Shown here: in pieces, positions 7,799-16,295 of the stretch
Layout: every line of letters begins with the position of its first letter
Numbering within the stretch: position 1 is the first letter of the stretch
Assembly: GCA_034659055.1 (NCBI GenBank)
Contig: JAYEGH010000151.1
Coordinates: 1-38,861, forward strand
DNA length: 38,861 nucleotides
Direction of reading: 5' to 3'
Origin: Candidatus Caldatribacteriota bacterium
GTDB taxonomy: Bacteria > Atribacterota > Phoenicimicrobiia > Phoenicimicrobiales > Phoenicimicrobiaceae
Program-made: the position numbers and the translations under genes
The notes under the pieces: generated by a model
Told to the model about the DNA's origin: nothing
The model's database searches: none
Seen by the model: the letters and a program-made list of their open reading frames with translations, nothing else

Positions 7799-9211
7799 GT
7801 GGATTTATTTAAAAACGAAACCATTGCTGCAATTTCTACCCCAATTGGTGAAGGAGGAATAGGAATTGTAAGATTGAGCGGTTCAAATGCCTTACAAATT
7901 GCCGAACAAGTGTTTAGAAACCGAAAATTAAGCAAAGCGATAATAAGAAAATATTTAACACATACTGCCCATTATGGTTTTATAGTAGACCCTTCAAATG
8001 AAGAGGTAATCGATGAGACCATACTTACCTTAATGAAAGGGCCGAAAAGTTATACCAGAGAAGATATGATTGAATTTGGGTGTCATGGAGGGAATCTATC
8101 TTTAAAAAAAGTATTAAACGCAATAATTAGTTGTGGAGCAAGAATGGCAGAACCGGGAGAATTTACCCAAAGAGCGTTTTTAAATGGGAGAATTGACTTA
8201 AGTCAGGCAGAAGCGGTAATTGACCTCATTCAAGCTAAAACTGACAGGAGTTTGAAATCATCAATTATTCAATTAGAGGGAGGGTTAAGAAAAAAGGTAA
8301 ATACCTTAAGAAAAGAGGTATTGAGAATCACATCTGAAATAGAAGCACCTATGGACTTTCCCGGTCAAGATCTTAAAGAATTAAAGTCTAATGAAGCTGA
8401 AGAAAGAATAAAAAAATTTTTAGCAGAAATAAATTATCTCATAGACACATTAGATTATGGAAAAATATTAAAAGAAGGAATAAAAACCGTAATAGTAGGA
8501 AAAACAAATGTAGGGAAATCAAGTCTTTTCAATTCTTTACTTAGAAAAAACCGTGCTATAGTTGCCTCTTTGCCGGGGACTACCAGGGATAGCATCGAAG
8601 AACTAATTAATATAAAAGGCATCCTTTTTAATATTATCGACACTGCAGGACTAAAAAATCCAGAAAACATTGTAGAAAAGATTAGCATTGAAAACATGAA
8701 GAAATATTTAAGCCAGGCAGATCTAATTTTGGCTTTATTTGATATAAATACCTCTCTTTCCGAGGAGGACATTGAGGTAATCAATGAAGTAAATAAATCA
8801 ATAAAAAGAAAGAAAAAGGTTATAGTGATTGAGAATAAAATAGATTTGAAAGAAAACATTGATCGCCACACAGCTTTTAATCTCTTAAATGTTAAAAAAA
8901 GCATTAGAATATCTTTAAAAAACAATATAGGGATGGAAAAACTAGAAAAAGAATTAACCGAATCAGTCTTTAAGGGATTGGTAATACCTGAAAACGGTGT
9001 AATGATAAATAATATCAGACAGGCAAATGCCTTAATAAAAGCAAAAGAAGGTCTAGGAAACATAATAGCTGGAATAAAGAAAAACATTGCTTATGATTTT
9101 TTGACTATTGATTTAAAAGATGTTTTAGATTCTTTAGGAGAATTAACAGGAGATTCCGTGAGTGACGAAATAGTAAGTGAAATATTTTCCCGCTTTTGTA
9201 TCGGCAAATAA
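7799..9211 (+). CDS. mnmE: tRNA modification GTPase MnmE
   Basis: G1 motif GKTNVGKSSL, DTAG, and the C-terminal CIGK motif. GTG start preceded by GGAG. Confidence 0.93.
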   Translation: MDLFKNETIAAISTPIGEGGIGIVRLSGSNALQIAEQVFRNRKLSKAIIRKYLTHTAHYGFIVDPSNEEVIDETILTLMKGPKSYTREDMIEFGCHGGNLSLKKVLNAIISCGARMAEPGEFTQRAFLNGRIDLSQAEAVIDLIQAKTDRSLKSSIIQLEGGLRKKVNTLRKEVLRITSEIEAPMDFPGQDLKELKSNEAEERIKKFLAEINYLIDTLDYGKILKEGIKTVIVGKTNVGKSSLFNSLLRKNRAIVASLPGTTRDSIEELINIKGILFNIIDTAGLKNPENIVEKISIENMKKYLSQADLILALFDINTSLSEEDIEVINEVNKSIKRKKKVIVIENKIDLKENIDRHTAFNLLNVKKSIRISLKNNIGMEKLEKELTESVFKGLVIPENGVMINNIRQANALIKAKEGLGNIIAGIKKNIAYDFLTIDLKDVLDSLGELTGDSVSDEIVSEIFSRFCIGK

Positions 9212-9220
9212 ACTTAACAA

Positions 9221-9236
9221 TGTTCCACGTGGAACA
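9221..9236. promoter_or_regulatory. parS: parS site (ParB/Spo0J binding)
   Basis: TGTTCCACGTGGAACA is a perfect palindromic version of the Firmicute-type parS (TGTTNCACGTGAAACA). It is embedded in a 30-bp perfect palindrome at 9214-9243. Confidence 0.8.
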
Positions 9237-9281
9237 TTGTTAAAATCAGTTGCAAACTTCTAAAATAAGAAAAGGTTTGTT

Positions 9282-9301
9282 TGTGGATAAACTGTGGATA
9301 A
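9282..9301. promoter_or_regulatory. Two tandem consensus DnaA boxes
   Basis: TGTGGATAA at 9282-9290 and TGTGGATAA at 9293-9301. Both are 9/9, in the same orientation and separated by 2 bp. Confidence 0.75.
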
Positions 9302-9543
9302 AAAAGAATTATTTTAAAGAAAATATTTTATAAAAAAAGAGCAGAGAACATAAATTGATAACAGTAAAACCAAAATAGGGGCTACTGTCTGCGTAAACCG
9401 ACAAAAGCATTAGTTAAAAAGCCTTTCACACACATTTTATGTAATAAACAGGATAATTATTTTACATTAATAGATTAAAAAACCATGTGTTTATTTGAAA
9501 GGAATAAAGAGATTTTTATAAAGATTAGAAAACGTGAATAAAT

Positions 9544-9552
9544 TGTGGAAAA
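9544..9552. promoter_or_regulatory. DnaA box
   Basis: TGTGGAAAA (8/9). A weaker TTATCCAAT lies at 9910-9918 (7/9) in the opposite orientation. Confidence 0.5.
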
Positions 9553-9880
9553 GTCTATGATTAATGCAGGGGTACAGGCAAAACAGTATCGAATTAATTG
9601 TATCGATAAGCAACATATAAGGGATTAGAATTTAGAAAAAAAGAGAGACAGGAAATCAGGAGCTAAAAGTCAGAATAAGAAAGTATCGAGTGAGAAAGAG
9701 CAAAGAAGTCGCAGGTTAAGAAATTGGATCCAGAAATTAGAACAAAGTTTAAAGTATAAAGAAATTAGGAAAAAGATAGTATAGAGTGAAGAAAAAAAAG
9801 AAAATAAAAAATAGATAAATTAAATTTATGGGAAAACTGGTAGATCGGCTAACACGCTGGCTAAAAACTGTTAACTAAAA

Positions 9881-9907
9881 AGGGCAGATACAAGGTCTGT
9901 CCCTACG
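9881..9907. repeat. GC-rich imperfect palindrome (REP-like)
   Basis: AGGGCAGA (9881-9888) pairs with TCTG(T)CCCT (9896-9904). The element ends in CCCTACG, resembling the elements at 16154-16249. Confidence 0.35.
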
Positions 9908-10160
9908 ATTTATCCAATAATAAGTAATATTTTTAAATTTATTCTTTATATTTTCTTTGCTAAACACTAAATATAGATGAATAACGAATATTCCATAACA
10001 AATTTTTTCTTAATTACCTATTAATAATTAATAATTGATGTGTTTGTAGCCCCTAACTTGTATAATATATTTTCCCTCACCGAGTAATATTATTATATAA
10101 TAGGTATATGATACTAATTTTGCTATCTGCCAATAGATTAATTTATAAGGAGGCAGCTCT

Positions 10161-10913
10161 TTGCAAAAAAGAGAAGAAAAAACATTAATTGAAGGTTCAA
10201 AGAAAATAGGAATAAACCTTAACGATTACCAGATAGAAAAGTTTTCACAGTATTTTGATATTTTAGCCAAATGGAATGAGAAAATCAATTTAACCTCAAT
10301 AAAAGACTCAAAAAAAATTATCACCAAACATTTTTTAGATTCTTTAACCTGTGTAAAAATTATTAATTCATATTTGAATGAAATAGATAATAAAAAGGAA
10401 GACATCAGGGTTATAGATATTGGAACAGGAGCCGGCTTTCCGGGAATACCTCTTAAAATATTGCTTCCTTTTCTAAAATTATCTCTTCTTGAGGCAAGAA
10501 AGAAAAAAATTGTTTTTTTAGAAGAACTGGTTAGACAATTAGAATTTAAAGGGGTTAAAGTTATCACTAATCGGGCAGAGACACTGGGAAAATCAGTGGA
10601 GTACCGGGAAAAGTATAATATAGCCATATCAAGAGCAGTAGCACCATTGAACGTTTTAAGCGAATATTCTCTCCCTCTAATTATGCGAGGTGGATGGTTT
10701 ATCGCTCAAAAAGGAAGAGCATATAAAGAGGAATTAGAATATGGATTAAAGGCAATAAAATTATTAGGTGGAGAATTTATTAGGCTGGAAAATATACGAA
10801 TACCTTTTTTAGAACAGGAAAGATATATATTAATAATAAAAAAAACAAAAAGTACTCCTCCTAAATATCCTCGAAGAGATGGAATGCCACAGAAAAGACC
10901 TTTGAATTTTTAA
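10161..10913 (+). CDS. rsmG: 16S rRNA (guanine527-N7)-methyltransferase RsmG
   Basis: SAM-binding motif DIGTGAGFPGIPL. TTG start preceded by AAGGAGG. Conserved context upstream of parAB. Confidence 0.92.
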   Translation: MQKREEKTLIEGSKKIGINLNDYQIEKFSQYFDILAKWNEKINLTSIKDSKKIITKHFLDSLTCVKIINSYLNEIDNKKEDIRVIDIGTGAGFPGIPLKILLPFLKLSLLEARKKKIVFLEELVRQLEFKGVKVITNRAETLGKSVEYREKYNIAISRAVAPLNVLSEYSLPLIMRGGWFIAQKGRAYKEELEYGLKAIKLLGGEFIRLENIRIPFLEQERYILIIKKTKSTPPKYPRRDGMPQKRPLNF

Positions 10914-11066
10914 AGCATTTTTGATAATATAGATATATTCTAAAATTAAAAAATAAAGGCACCCTTTTTGCAATAAAAGTGGTTCAAAGCAAGACAACAA
11001 GCTAATATAAATAAATTTAAGTTTTTAATCTATATTTTCTTATTATTATTCTCGAAAATATACAGA

Positions 11067-11082
11067 TGTTCCACGTGGAACA
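11067..11082. promoter_or_regulatory. parS: parS site (second copy)
   Basis: TGTTCCACGTGGAACA is identical to the copy at 9221-9236. It lies in a 20-bp palindrome at 11065-11084, about 160 bp upstream of parA. Confidence 0.8.
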
Positions 11083-11239
11083 TCCAATTGAAAACAATCG
11101 TTTGGAACATAATTTATACTAATTCGCTTAAAATATTTTTTTGTTTTTTAAAGAACAAATATATTATAATCTATATGTATTAATAGAAAATAAAACATAA
11201 TTTAACTTTAATTCAGCAATTATTTACAGGAGAATATTT

Positions 11240-12001
11240 ATGGCTAAAGTGATGGCTATCACCAATCAGAAAGGGGGAGTGGGAAAGACTACTACCGCGG
11301 TAAACTTAAGCACCAGCATGGCCTTACACAAAAAAAGAGTATTATTGATTGATATAGACCCACAGGGGAATAGCAGCAGTGGAATTGGTTTGGATAAATC
11401 AAAGATTAAAAGAAGCGTTTATGATGTTTTAATAAATCAAACACCCATAAAAAAAGTTATTTTACAGAGTAAAATAAAAAAATTGGATATTTTACCATCT
11501 AATATTCAATTAGCCGGGGCAGAAATAGAGTTAGTTAATTATGTTTCACGGGAGAACAAACTAAAACGAGCCATTAAGGCGATAAAAGAAGAATATGAGT
11601 ATATAATTATAGATTGTCCCCCTTCCCTTGGGCTTTTAACCTTAAATTCTCTTACTGCCGCTGATTCAGTTATTATTCCCATTCAATGTGAATATTATGC
11701 TTTAGAGGGAATAAGTCAATTGTTAAATACTATAAACCTGGTTAGAGAAAACCTAAATTCCTCTTTGGAAATTGAAGGAATTCTTCTTACCATGTTTGAT
11801 AACAGAACAAATTTATCTCGTGATGTTATTATAGAAGTAAAAAAATTTTTTACAGGAAATATTTTTAAATCAGTAATTCCCCGTAATGTTAGGGTTAGTG
11901 AAGCCCCAAGTTACGGTATGCCTGTCGTTTTGTATAATAAAAAATCTAAAGGCGCAGTGGCTTATAAAAAATTAGCAAAAGAGGTGATATTGAATGGTTA
12001 A
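11240..12001 (+). CDS. parA: Chromosome partitioning ATPase ParA/Soj
   Basis: Deviant Walker A NQKGGVGKTT, in conserved context. Confidence 0.94.
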   Translation: MAKVMAITNQKGGVGKTTTAVNLSTSMALHKKRVLLIDIDPQGNSSSGIGLDKSKIKRSVYDVLINQTPIKKVILQSKIKKLDILPSNIQLAGAEIELVNYVSRENKLKRAIKAIKEEYEYIIIDCPPSLGLLTLNSLTAADSVIIPIQCEYYALEGISQLLNTINLVRENLNSSLEIEGILLTMFDNRTNLSRDVIIEVKKFFTGNIFKSVIPRNVRVSEAPSYGMPVVLYNKKSKGAVAYKKLAKEVILNG

Positions 12002-12842
12002 AAGAGGATTGGGGAAAGGTTTAGAGGCCCTTATCCCAAAAACTGAGCATAAAGACAGAGATTTTGTTAACGAAATAGAGGTAAAAAAAATATTTCCCAA
12101 TCTGTTTCAGCCTCGCAAGAATTTTAACCGGGAAAAGTTGGATGAGCTTAAAGAATCAATAAAAATACATGGGTTAATCCAACCAATTGTAGTTAGAAAA
12201 GTGAGTAATGGTTATGAGCTGGTCGCCGGAGAACGCAGGTTAAAAGCCGTTAAAGAATTGAAGCTAAAAAAGATACCTGTAATCATTAAAAATTTTGGAA
12301 ACGAAAAAAGTCTGGAGATAGCATTGGTCGAGAACATACAAAGAGAGGATCTTAATTTAATTGACCAGGCAAACGGCTTTAAAAGACTGATGGACGAATT
12401 TGAACTTACCCAGCAGGAATTAGCAGAAGTTACCGCTAAAAGCAGAGCTTTGATTAGCAATACTGTCAGGTTATTGAGATTGAATGTAAAAATACAGAGA
12501 GACATTTCAGAAGGTAAAATTTCTTTCGGACATGCTAAGCTCTTATTAGGAATCGAAGACGAAGGACTCCAACTTGTAATATGTGATAAAATAAGCAGTA
12601 ACAATTTGTCGGTGAGGGAAACCGAGAAATTAATTAAGAATATTAACAGAACACCCAAAAAGAAATTAAAAGTGGAAAATATAACTATCGAAAATTTTCC
12701 TGAAGCAGAGGAACAATTAAGAAATATTTTAGGAACCAAAATAAAGATATTATATAACGGTAAAAAAGGGCAAATAACCATCGATTTTTATAATAAAGAA
12801 GATCTGAGAAGGATTGTAAAGTTATTGGTAAAAAGGGATTAA
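11994..12842 (+). CDS. parB: Chromosome partitioning protein ParB/Spo0J
   Basis: Overlaps the parA stop. Contains LVAGERRLKA (the ParB arginine-rich box) and an HTH segment QQELAEVTAKSRALISN. Confidence 0.94.
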   Translation: MVKRGLGKGLEALIPKTEHKDRDFVNEIEVKKIFPNLFQPRKNFNREKLDELKESIKIHGLIQPIVVRKVSNGYELVAGERRLKAVKELKLKKIPVIIKNFGNEKSLEIALVENIQREDLNLIDQANGFKRLMDEFELTQQELAEVTAKSRALISNTVRLLRLNVKIQRDISEGKISFGHAKLLLGIEDEGLQLVICDKISSNNLSVRETEKLIKNINRTPKKKLKVENITIENFPEAEEQLRNILGTKIKILYNGKKGQITIDFYNKEDLRRIVKLLVKRD

Positions 12843-12909
12843 ACTATAGACAACAGAAACTTTATAATAAATATATAATAATTTAATAAATGGAAAGGAT
12901 GTAGATAAA

Positions 12910-13473
12910 ATGGAAAAAAAGAGATTTGATAATTTAATTTTTGTTTTATTTGTAATAATAGTAATATTAATCTCCATAACAATGTTTTTTGCTTCGTTAA
13001 GGCCGGTTTCTTTAGATTTTCTGATACACAAAATAAACAATTGTTATAATGCGTTCTATTCCAATATCTTGAATCAGATCATATTGTGCCTGATAGCAAT
13101 TCTATTTTTTATTTTAGCCATTTATTTGATTCAAAAAAGATACCATTATAAAACCATGAATTTATCAGTAACTCAAAAGACTTCTTTTGGGGAAATTAGA
13201 ATTTCTCTTAATTCCTTGAACAATTTAAGTCTTAAGCTACTTGGGAAAATGGAAGAAATAAAAGAAGCTAAACCAATAATAACTCCAGTAAAAATAGGAG
13301 GGGTAAACATTTGTTTAAATCTTACTGTAAAACAAGATGTAAATATTCCCGAACTTTCAGAAAAAATACAGAAAAAACTTAAAGATTATCTTTTGGAAAC
13401 AAGCGGAATAGAGGTAAAAGAGATTAAAATAAATATAGATAAAGTATTTTATGAGAACACGGAAAAATCATAA
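12910..13473 (+). CDS. Alkaline-shock-response membrane anchor (AmaP-like)
   Basis: Two N-terminal transmembrane helices followed by an Asp23-like soluble part, immediately upstream of asp23. Assigned by context and recall. Confidence 0.55.
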   Translation: MEKKRFDNLIFVLFVIIVILISITMFFASLRPVSLDFLIHKINNCYNAFYSNILNQIILCLIAILFFILAIYLIQKRYHYKTMNLSVTQKTSFGEIRISLNSLNNLSLKLLGKMEEIKEAKPIITPVKIGGVNICLNLTVKQDVNIPELSEKIQKKLKDYLLETSGIEVKEIKINIDKVFYENTEKS

Positions 13474-13506
13474 TAGTAAAAAAAATTAAGAAAGGTGGTA
13501 ATAAAT

Positions 13507-13917
13507 ATGCCGGAAAAAAAATCTGTATTAGATAAAAACAGAGAATTGGGAAATATAACAGTTTCAAAAGAGGTAGTGGCTACTATTGCTGCTCTGGAGA
13601 CCGTGAAGAACAAAGGAGTAGTAGGAATAGTTAGTGGATACAAAGGTAAATCTGCTAATATATTACCTGAAAATGAGTTTAACAGGGGTGTAGAAGTGTG
13701 GATGAATGCGGGGGAAGCAACAGTTACCATTTCAATTATTACTGATTATGAAATAGGAATCTATAAAGTGGCTAGAGAAGTACAGCAAAAAGTAAAAAAT
13801 ATCCTCCAATCTATGACAGGTTTAAAAGTTTTAAAGGTTGATATTAATGTTATGGGAGTTAAATTTAAGGAAGAAGAGAAAAAACAAAAAACTAAAAAAG
13901 ATAAAGTGGAAAAATAG
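13507..13917 (+). CDS. Asp23/Gls24 family envelope stress protein
   Basis: GNITVSKEVVATIAALE is typical of Asp23. The ATG at 13507 is preferred over the GTG at 13495 because AAAGGTGG lies 8 nt upstream. Confidence 0.8.
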   Translation: MPEKKSVLDKNRELGNITVSKEVVATIAALETVKNKGVVGIVSGYKGKSANILPENEFNRGVEVWMNAGEATVTISIITDYEIGIYKVAREVQQKVKNILQSMTGLKVLKVDINVMGVKFKEEEKKQKTKKDKVEK

Positions 13918-13932
13918 ATTGGTGGTATTTGA

Positions 13933-15159
13933 GTGGAAGAGGTTTTAAAATTAATAACAGTAATTGCAGTAATAGTTTTTTTAATTAGAAAAAAATGGAA
14001 ATTGGGATATATAATGTTTTTATCCTCCCTGTTGCTGGGAGCAGTTTTTGACTTAAGTCCGATTCAAATAGGAAAAAATCTTGTGCTGGCAGTAATTGAT
14101 CCCATAACTCTAAGATTAATGGGGATAATTATAGCAGTCTATGTTTTGAGTGGTGTTCTCACTAAGATAGAAAGTTTGAAAGATTTAGTTGATTCTCTTC
14201 AGCAATTAATTAAAGATTATCGATTAATTCTGGCTTTTATACCTGCTTTATTGGGCTTGATTCCCATGCCGGCTGGTGCAATGTTTTCTGCCCCGATGGT
14301 ACGAGAAGTGGGAGAACGGGCAAACCTTACTCCGGAAGAAAACACTTTTGTTAATTATTGGTTTCGTCATATTTGGGAATTTGTATGGCCCCTCTTTCCG
14401 GCGATTATACTGTTTGCGGGTTTGTTAAAGGCAGAAATTAGGGAAGTTATTCTGATTCAATCTCCCTTGACTATTGTAGCGATAATAGTAGGTTTTATTT
14501 GGGAATATAAAAACTTAAAGAAAGCCACCAATACTGTCATAAATAAGAAGTATATTTTTCTCAATTTGAAAAAATTATTCTTAGGCATCTGGCCCATTCT
14601 ACTTGTGATAATTTTAGTGATGGCAGTAAAGCTGGATTTGTTAATATCTTTAGTATTGGTAATTTTGTCTTTATTCGTATTAAATTTTAAACGATTAAAG
14701 TTTTCGAAAATTAAGGAAATTATTAGAAAGGATATAGATCCGGGTGTAATAGTTTTAATTGCCGGTATTATGATTTTTCAAAGAATATTAGAGGTTTCAG
14801 GAGGAATAGATATTATTCCGGAAGTATTTGCAAAATTGGGAGTTCATCCTTTTATTACTTTATTTAGCATTCCTTTTTTTATTGCAATGATTACCGGGAT
14901 AAGTTCTGCAGCGATAGGGGTAGGATTACCTATTTTACTCCCGATTATAGTTGTTCAGGGAGAAGTAAATCTGTATTACGCCCTGCTTGCCTATACAGGA
15001 AGTTTTATAGGGGTAATGTTCTCTCCGGTACATCTTTGCCTGGTAGTTACCAGGAATTATTTTAAATCAGATCTAAGCCAGATTTATAAAATGTTGATTT
15101 TACCTTTAACAACTATTGCTTTGACCGCCTTTATATTGGTGATAATTGGAACACATTAA
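13933..15159 (+). CDS. Polytopic membrane protein, putative permease (possibly DUF401-type)
   Basis: A 408-aa ORF that is hydrophobic throughout, with roughly 10-12 predicted transmembrane segments. GTG start preceded by GGTGG. The family guess is weak. Confidence 0.55.
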   Translation: MEEVLKLITVIAVIVFLIRKKWKLGYIMFLSSLLLGAVFDLSPIQIGKNLVLAVIDPITLRLMGIIIAVYVLSGVLTKIESLKDLVDSLQQLIKDYRLILAFIPALLGLIPMPAGAMFSAPMVREVGERANLTPEENTFVNYWFRHIWEFVWPLFPAIILFAGLLKAEIREVILIQSPLTIVAIIVGFIWEYKNLKKATNTVINKKYIFLNLKKLFLGIWPILLVIILVMAVKLDLLISLVLVILSLFVLNFKRLKFSKIKEIIRKDIDPGVIVLIAGIMIFQRILEVSGGIDIIPEVFAKLGVHPFITLFSIPFFIAMITGISSAAIGVGLPILLPIIVVQGEVNLYYALLAYTGSFIGVMFSPVHLCLVVTRNYFKSDLSQIYKMLILPLTTIALTAFILVIIGTH

Positions 15160-15297
15160 AAATAGATTAACAAAAGATGCGGAAAATTTTTCAATTGCTT
15201 TATTTAAAAAATTTCCTTGATAAATAAAAAAAGTTAGAAATAATAATACGTATCTATATAGTTTTAATATACTTTGTATAAATAGGGGGATAAGAGG

Positions 15298-16101
15298 ATG
15301 GGAAAATCAGCCAAAGAAATTGAAATAGAAAAGAGCATATCTAATAAGTTAAAAGGGAAGGTAGCTTTAGCAGCTTCTCTTATTTTTAATGATGAAGAAG
15401 TGCAAGCCCTACAGGATTACGCTAATATAGTCTCTATAAAAAGGTTGGGGTATAATGATCACGGACCAGTACATATGAGAACAGCTGCTTTTAATTCTAT
15501 AATTATGTTTGATCTTTTACATGACGCGGGGATTAAATTTAATTTAGAGAAAGAAAAAATTGGCGGTGTAGACGATAGCAAAGTTGCGGTATTAATTTCT
15601 TCTTTATTGCACGATACCGGTATGTCGGTAACCCGGGATAATCATGAAGTTCTGGGAGTAGTTTTAGCTATTCCAATTATTGATAGAATTCTTGGTAAAG
15701 TATACCCGAATGATATTAAAAAAAGAATAATCATTCGTTCGTTAATTATTGAGGGAATTGCGGGACATATGGCTAACCATAGCATCCATTCCCTGGAAGC
15801 GGGGCTGGTTTCAATCGGAGATGGATGTGATATGGCAAAGGGAAGAGCAAGGATTCCTTTTTTATTGTCCCAGGCTCCACATGTAGGAGATATACATAAA
15901 TATTCGGCCAATTCCATTCAAAAGGTTGAAATTATTAAAGGAGAAGAAAAACCGATTAGAATAATTGTAGAAATGACCGAATCGGTCGGTTTTTTCCAGA
16001 TAGAAGAAGTTCTTTTTCCAAAAATTATATTAAATCCCGTAAAACCATATATTGAACTTTACGGAAGAGTAAGCGGGAAAGATTTGAGAAGATATCTTTA
16101 A
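15298..16101 (+). CDS. HD-domain metal-dependent phosphohydrolase
   Basis: H...HD signature (HGPVH, SSLLHDTGM) plus downstream His/Asp residues. Confidence 0.7.
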   Translation: MGKSAKEIEIEKSISNKLKGKVALAASLIFNDEEVQALQDYANIVSIKRLGYNDHGPVHMRTAAFNSIIMFDLLHDAGIKFNLEKEKIGGVDDSKVAVLISSLLHDTGMSVTRDNHEVLGVVLAIPIIDRILGKVYPNDIKKRIIIRSLIIEGIAGHMANHSIHSLEAGLVSIGDGCDMAKGRARIPFLLSQAPHVGDIHKYSANSIQKVEIIKGEEKPIRIIVEMTESVGFFQIEEVLFPKIILNPVKPYIELYGRVSGKDLRRYL

Positions 16102-16153
16102 AGACCTATCTCGTATCCTGCGAAAAAGGAATCAGATTCCAGGAGTTATAGAT

Positions 16154-16249
16154 GTAGGGGCGTATTGCATATGTCTCCAACGATATATATAAAACCGTAG
16201 GATGGGCGTTCCCCGTTTTCACGAGGACAAGACTGCCTGTCTCCCAATG
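16154..16249. repeat. Two degenerate GC-rich palindromic (REP-like) elements in the thrC leader region
   Basis: The element GTAGGGGCGTATTGCATATGTCTCCAACG (16154-16182) folds only if G-U pairs are allowed. The element CGTAGGATGGGCGTTCCCCGTTTTCACGAGGACAAGACTGCCTGTCTCCCAATG (16196-16249) follows. Both are markedly more GC-rich than their surroundings. Confidence 0.4.
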
Positions 16250-16295
16250 ATAGAAAAGTACGGGAAAATTTAGAGTTTTGAATTAGAGAAACTAT

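Noticed and set aside
8455-9087. Long antisense ORFs in the track. Examples: 3514-3831, 8455-9087, 10226-10627, 12212-12781, 13449-13730, 15642-15917, 17519-17842, 19965-20298, 21358-21788, 22066-22305, 27195-28470 (several), 30517-30858, 32876-33073, 36004-36276, 36591-37149, 37673-37864, 38088-38360, 38483-38731.
   Set aside because: Each lies opposite a gene with clear family motifs. Their translations are low-complexity and rich in F/S/L/I, as expected from the complement of K/E/N-rich AT-biased genes. None has a convincing ribosome-binding site.
9376-10055. A tmRNA-like or other end-paired structured RNA, suggested by 5' GGGGCUAC pairing with 3' GUAGCCCC.
   Set aside because: At about 680 nt the span is far too long for a tmRNA. 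There is no T-arm (GGUUCGA-type) before the 3' arm, no UUCGAC-type 5' region, and no recognisable tag reading frame. The interior is AT- and purine-rich rather than structured-looking. It is kept only as an unexplained inverted repeat in the gap finding.
9212-10160. An mnmG pseudogene remnant.
   Set aside because: The gap is about half the length of mnmG. I could not see any residual MnmG motif (GGGHAG, GPRYCPS and others) in any frame, and all frames are dense with stops. This cannot be excluded without a translated search.
16102-16295. A T-box, a SAM riboswitch or a Thr-rich leader-peptide attenuator upstream of thrC.
   Set aside because: There is no T-box consensus (AGGGTGGTACCGCG-like), no SAM-I core, and the small ORFs here (for example MSPTIYIKP) are not Thr/Ile runs. 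The GC-rich segments look more like eroded REP-type palindromes.
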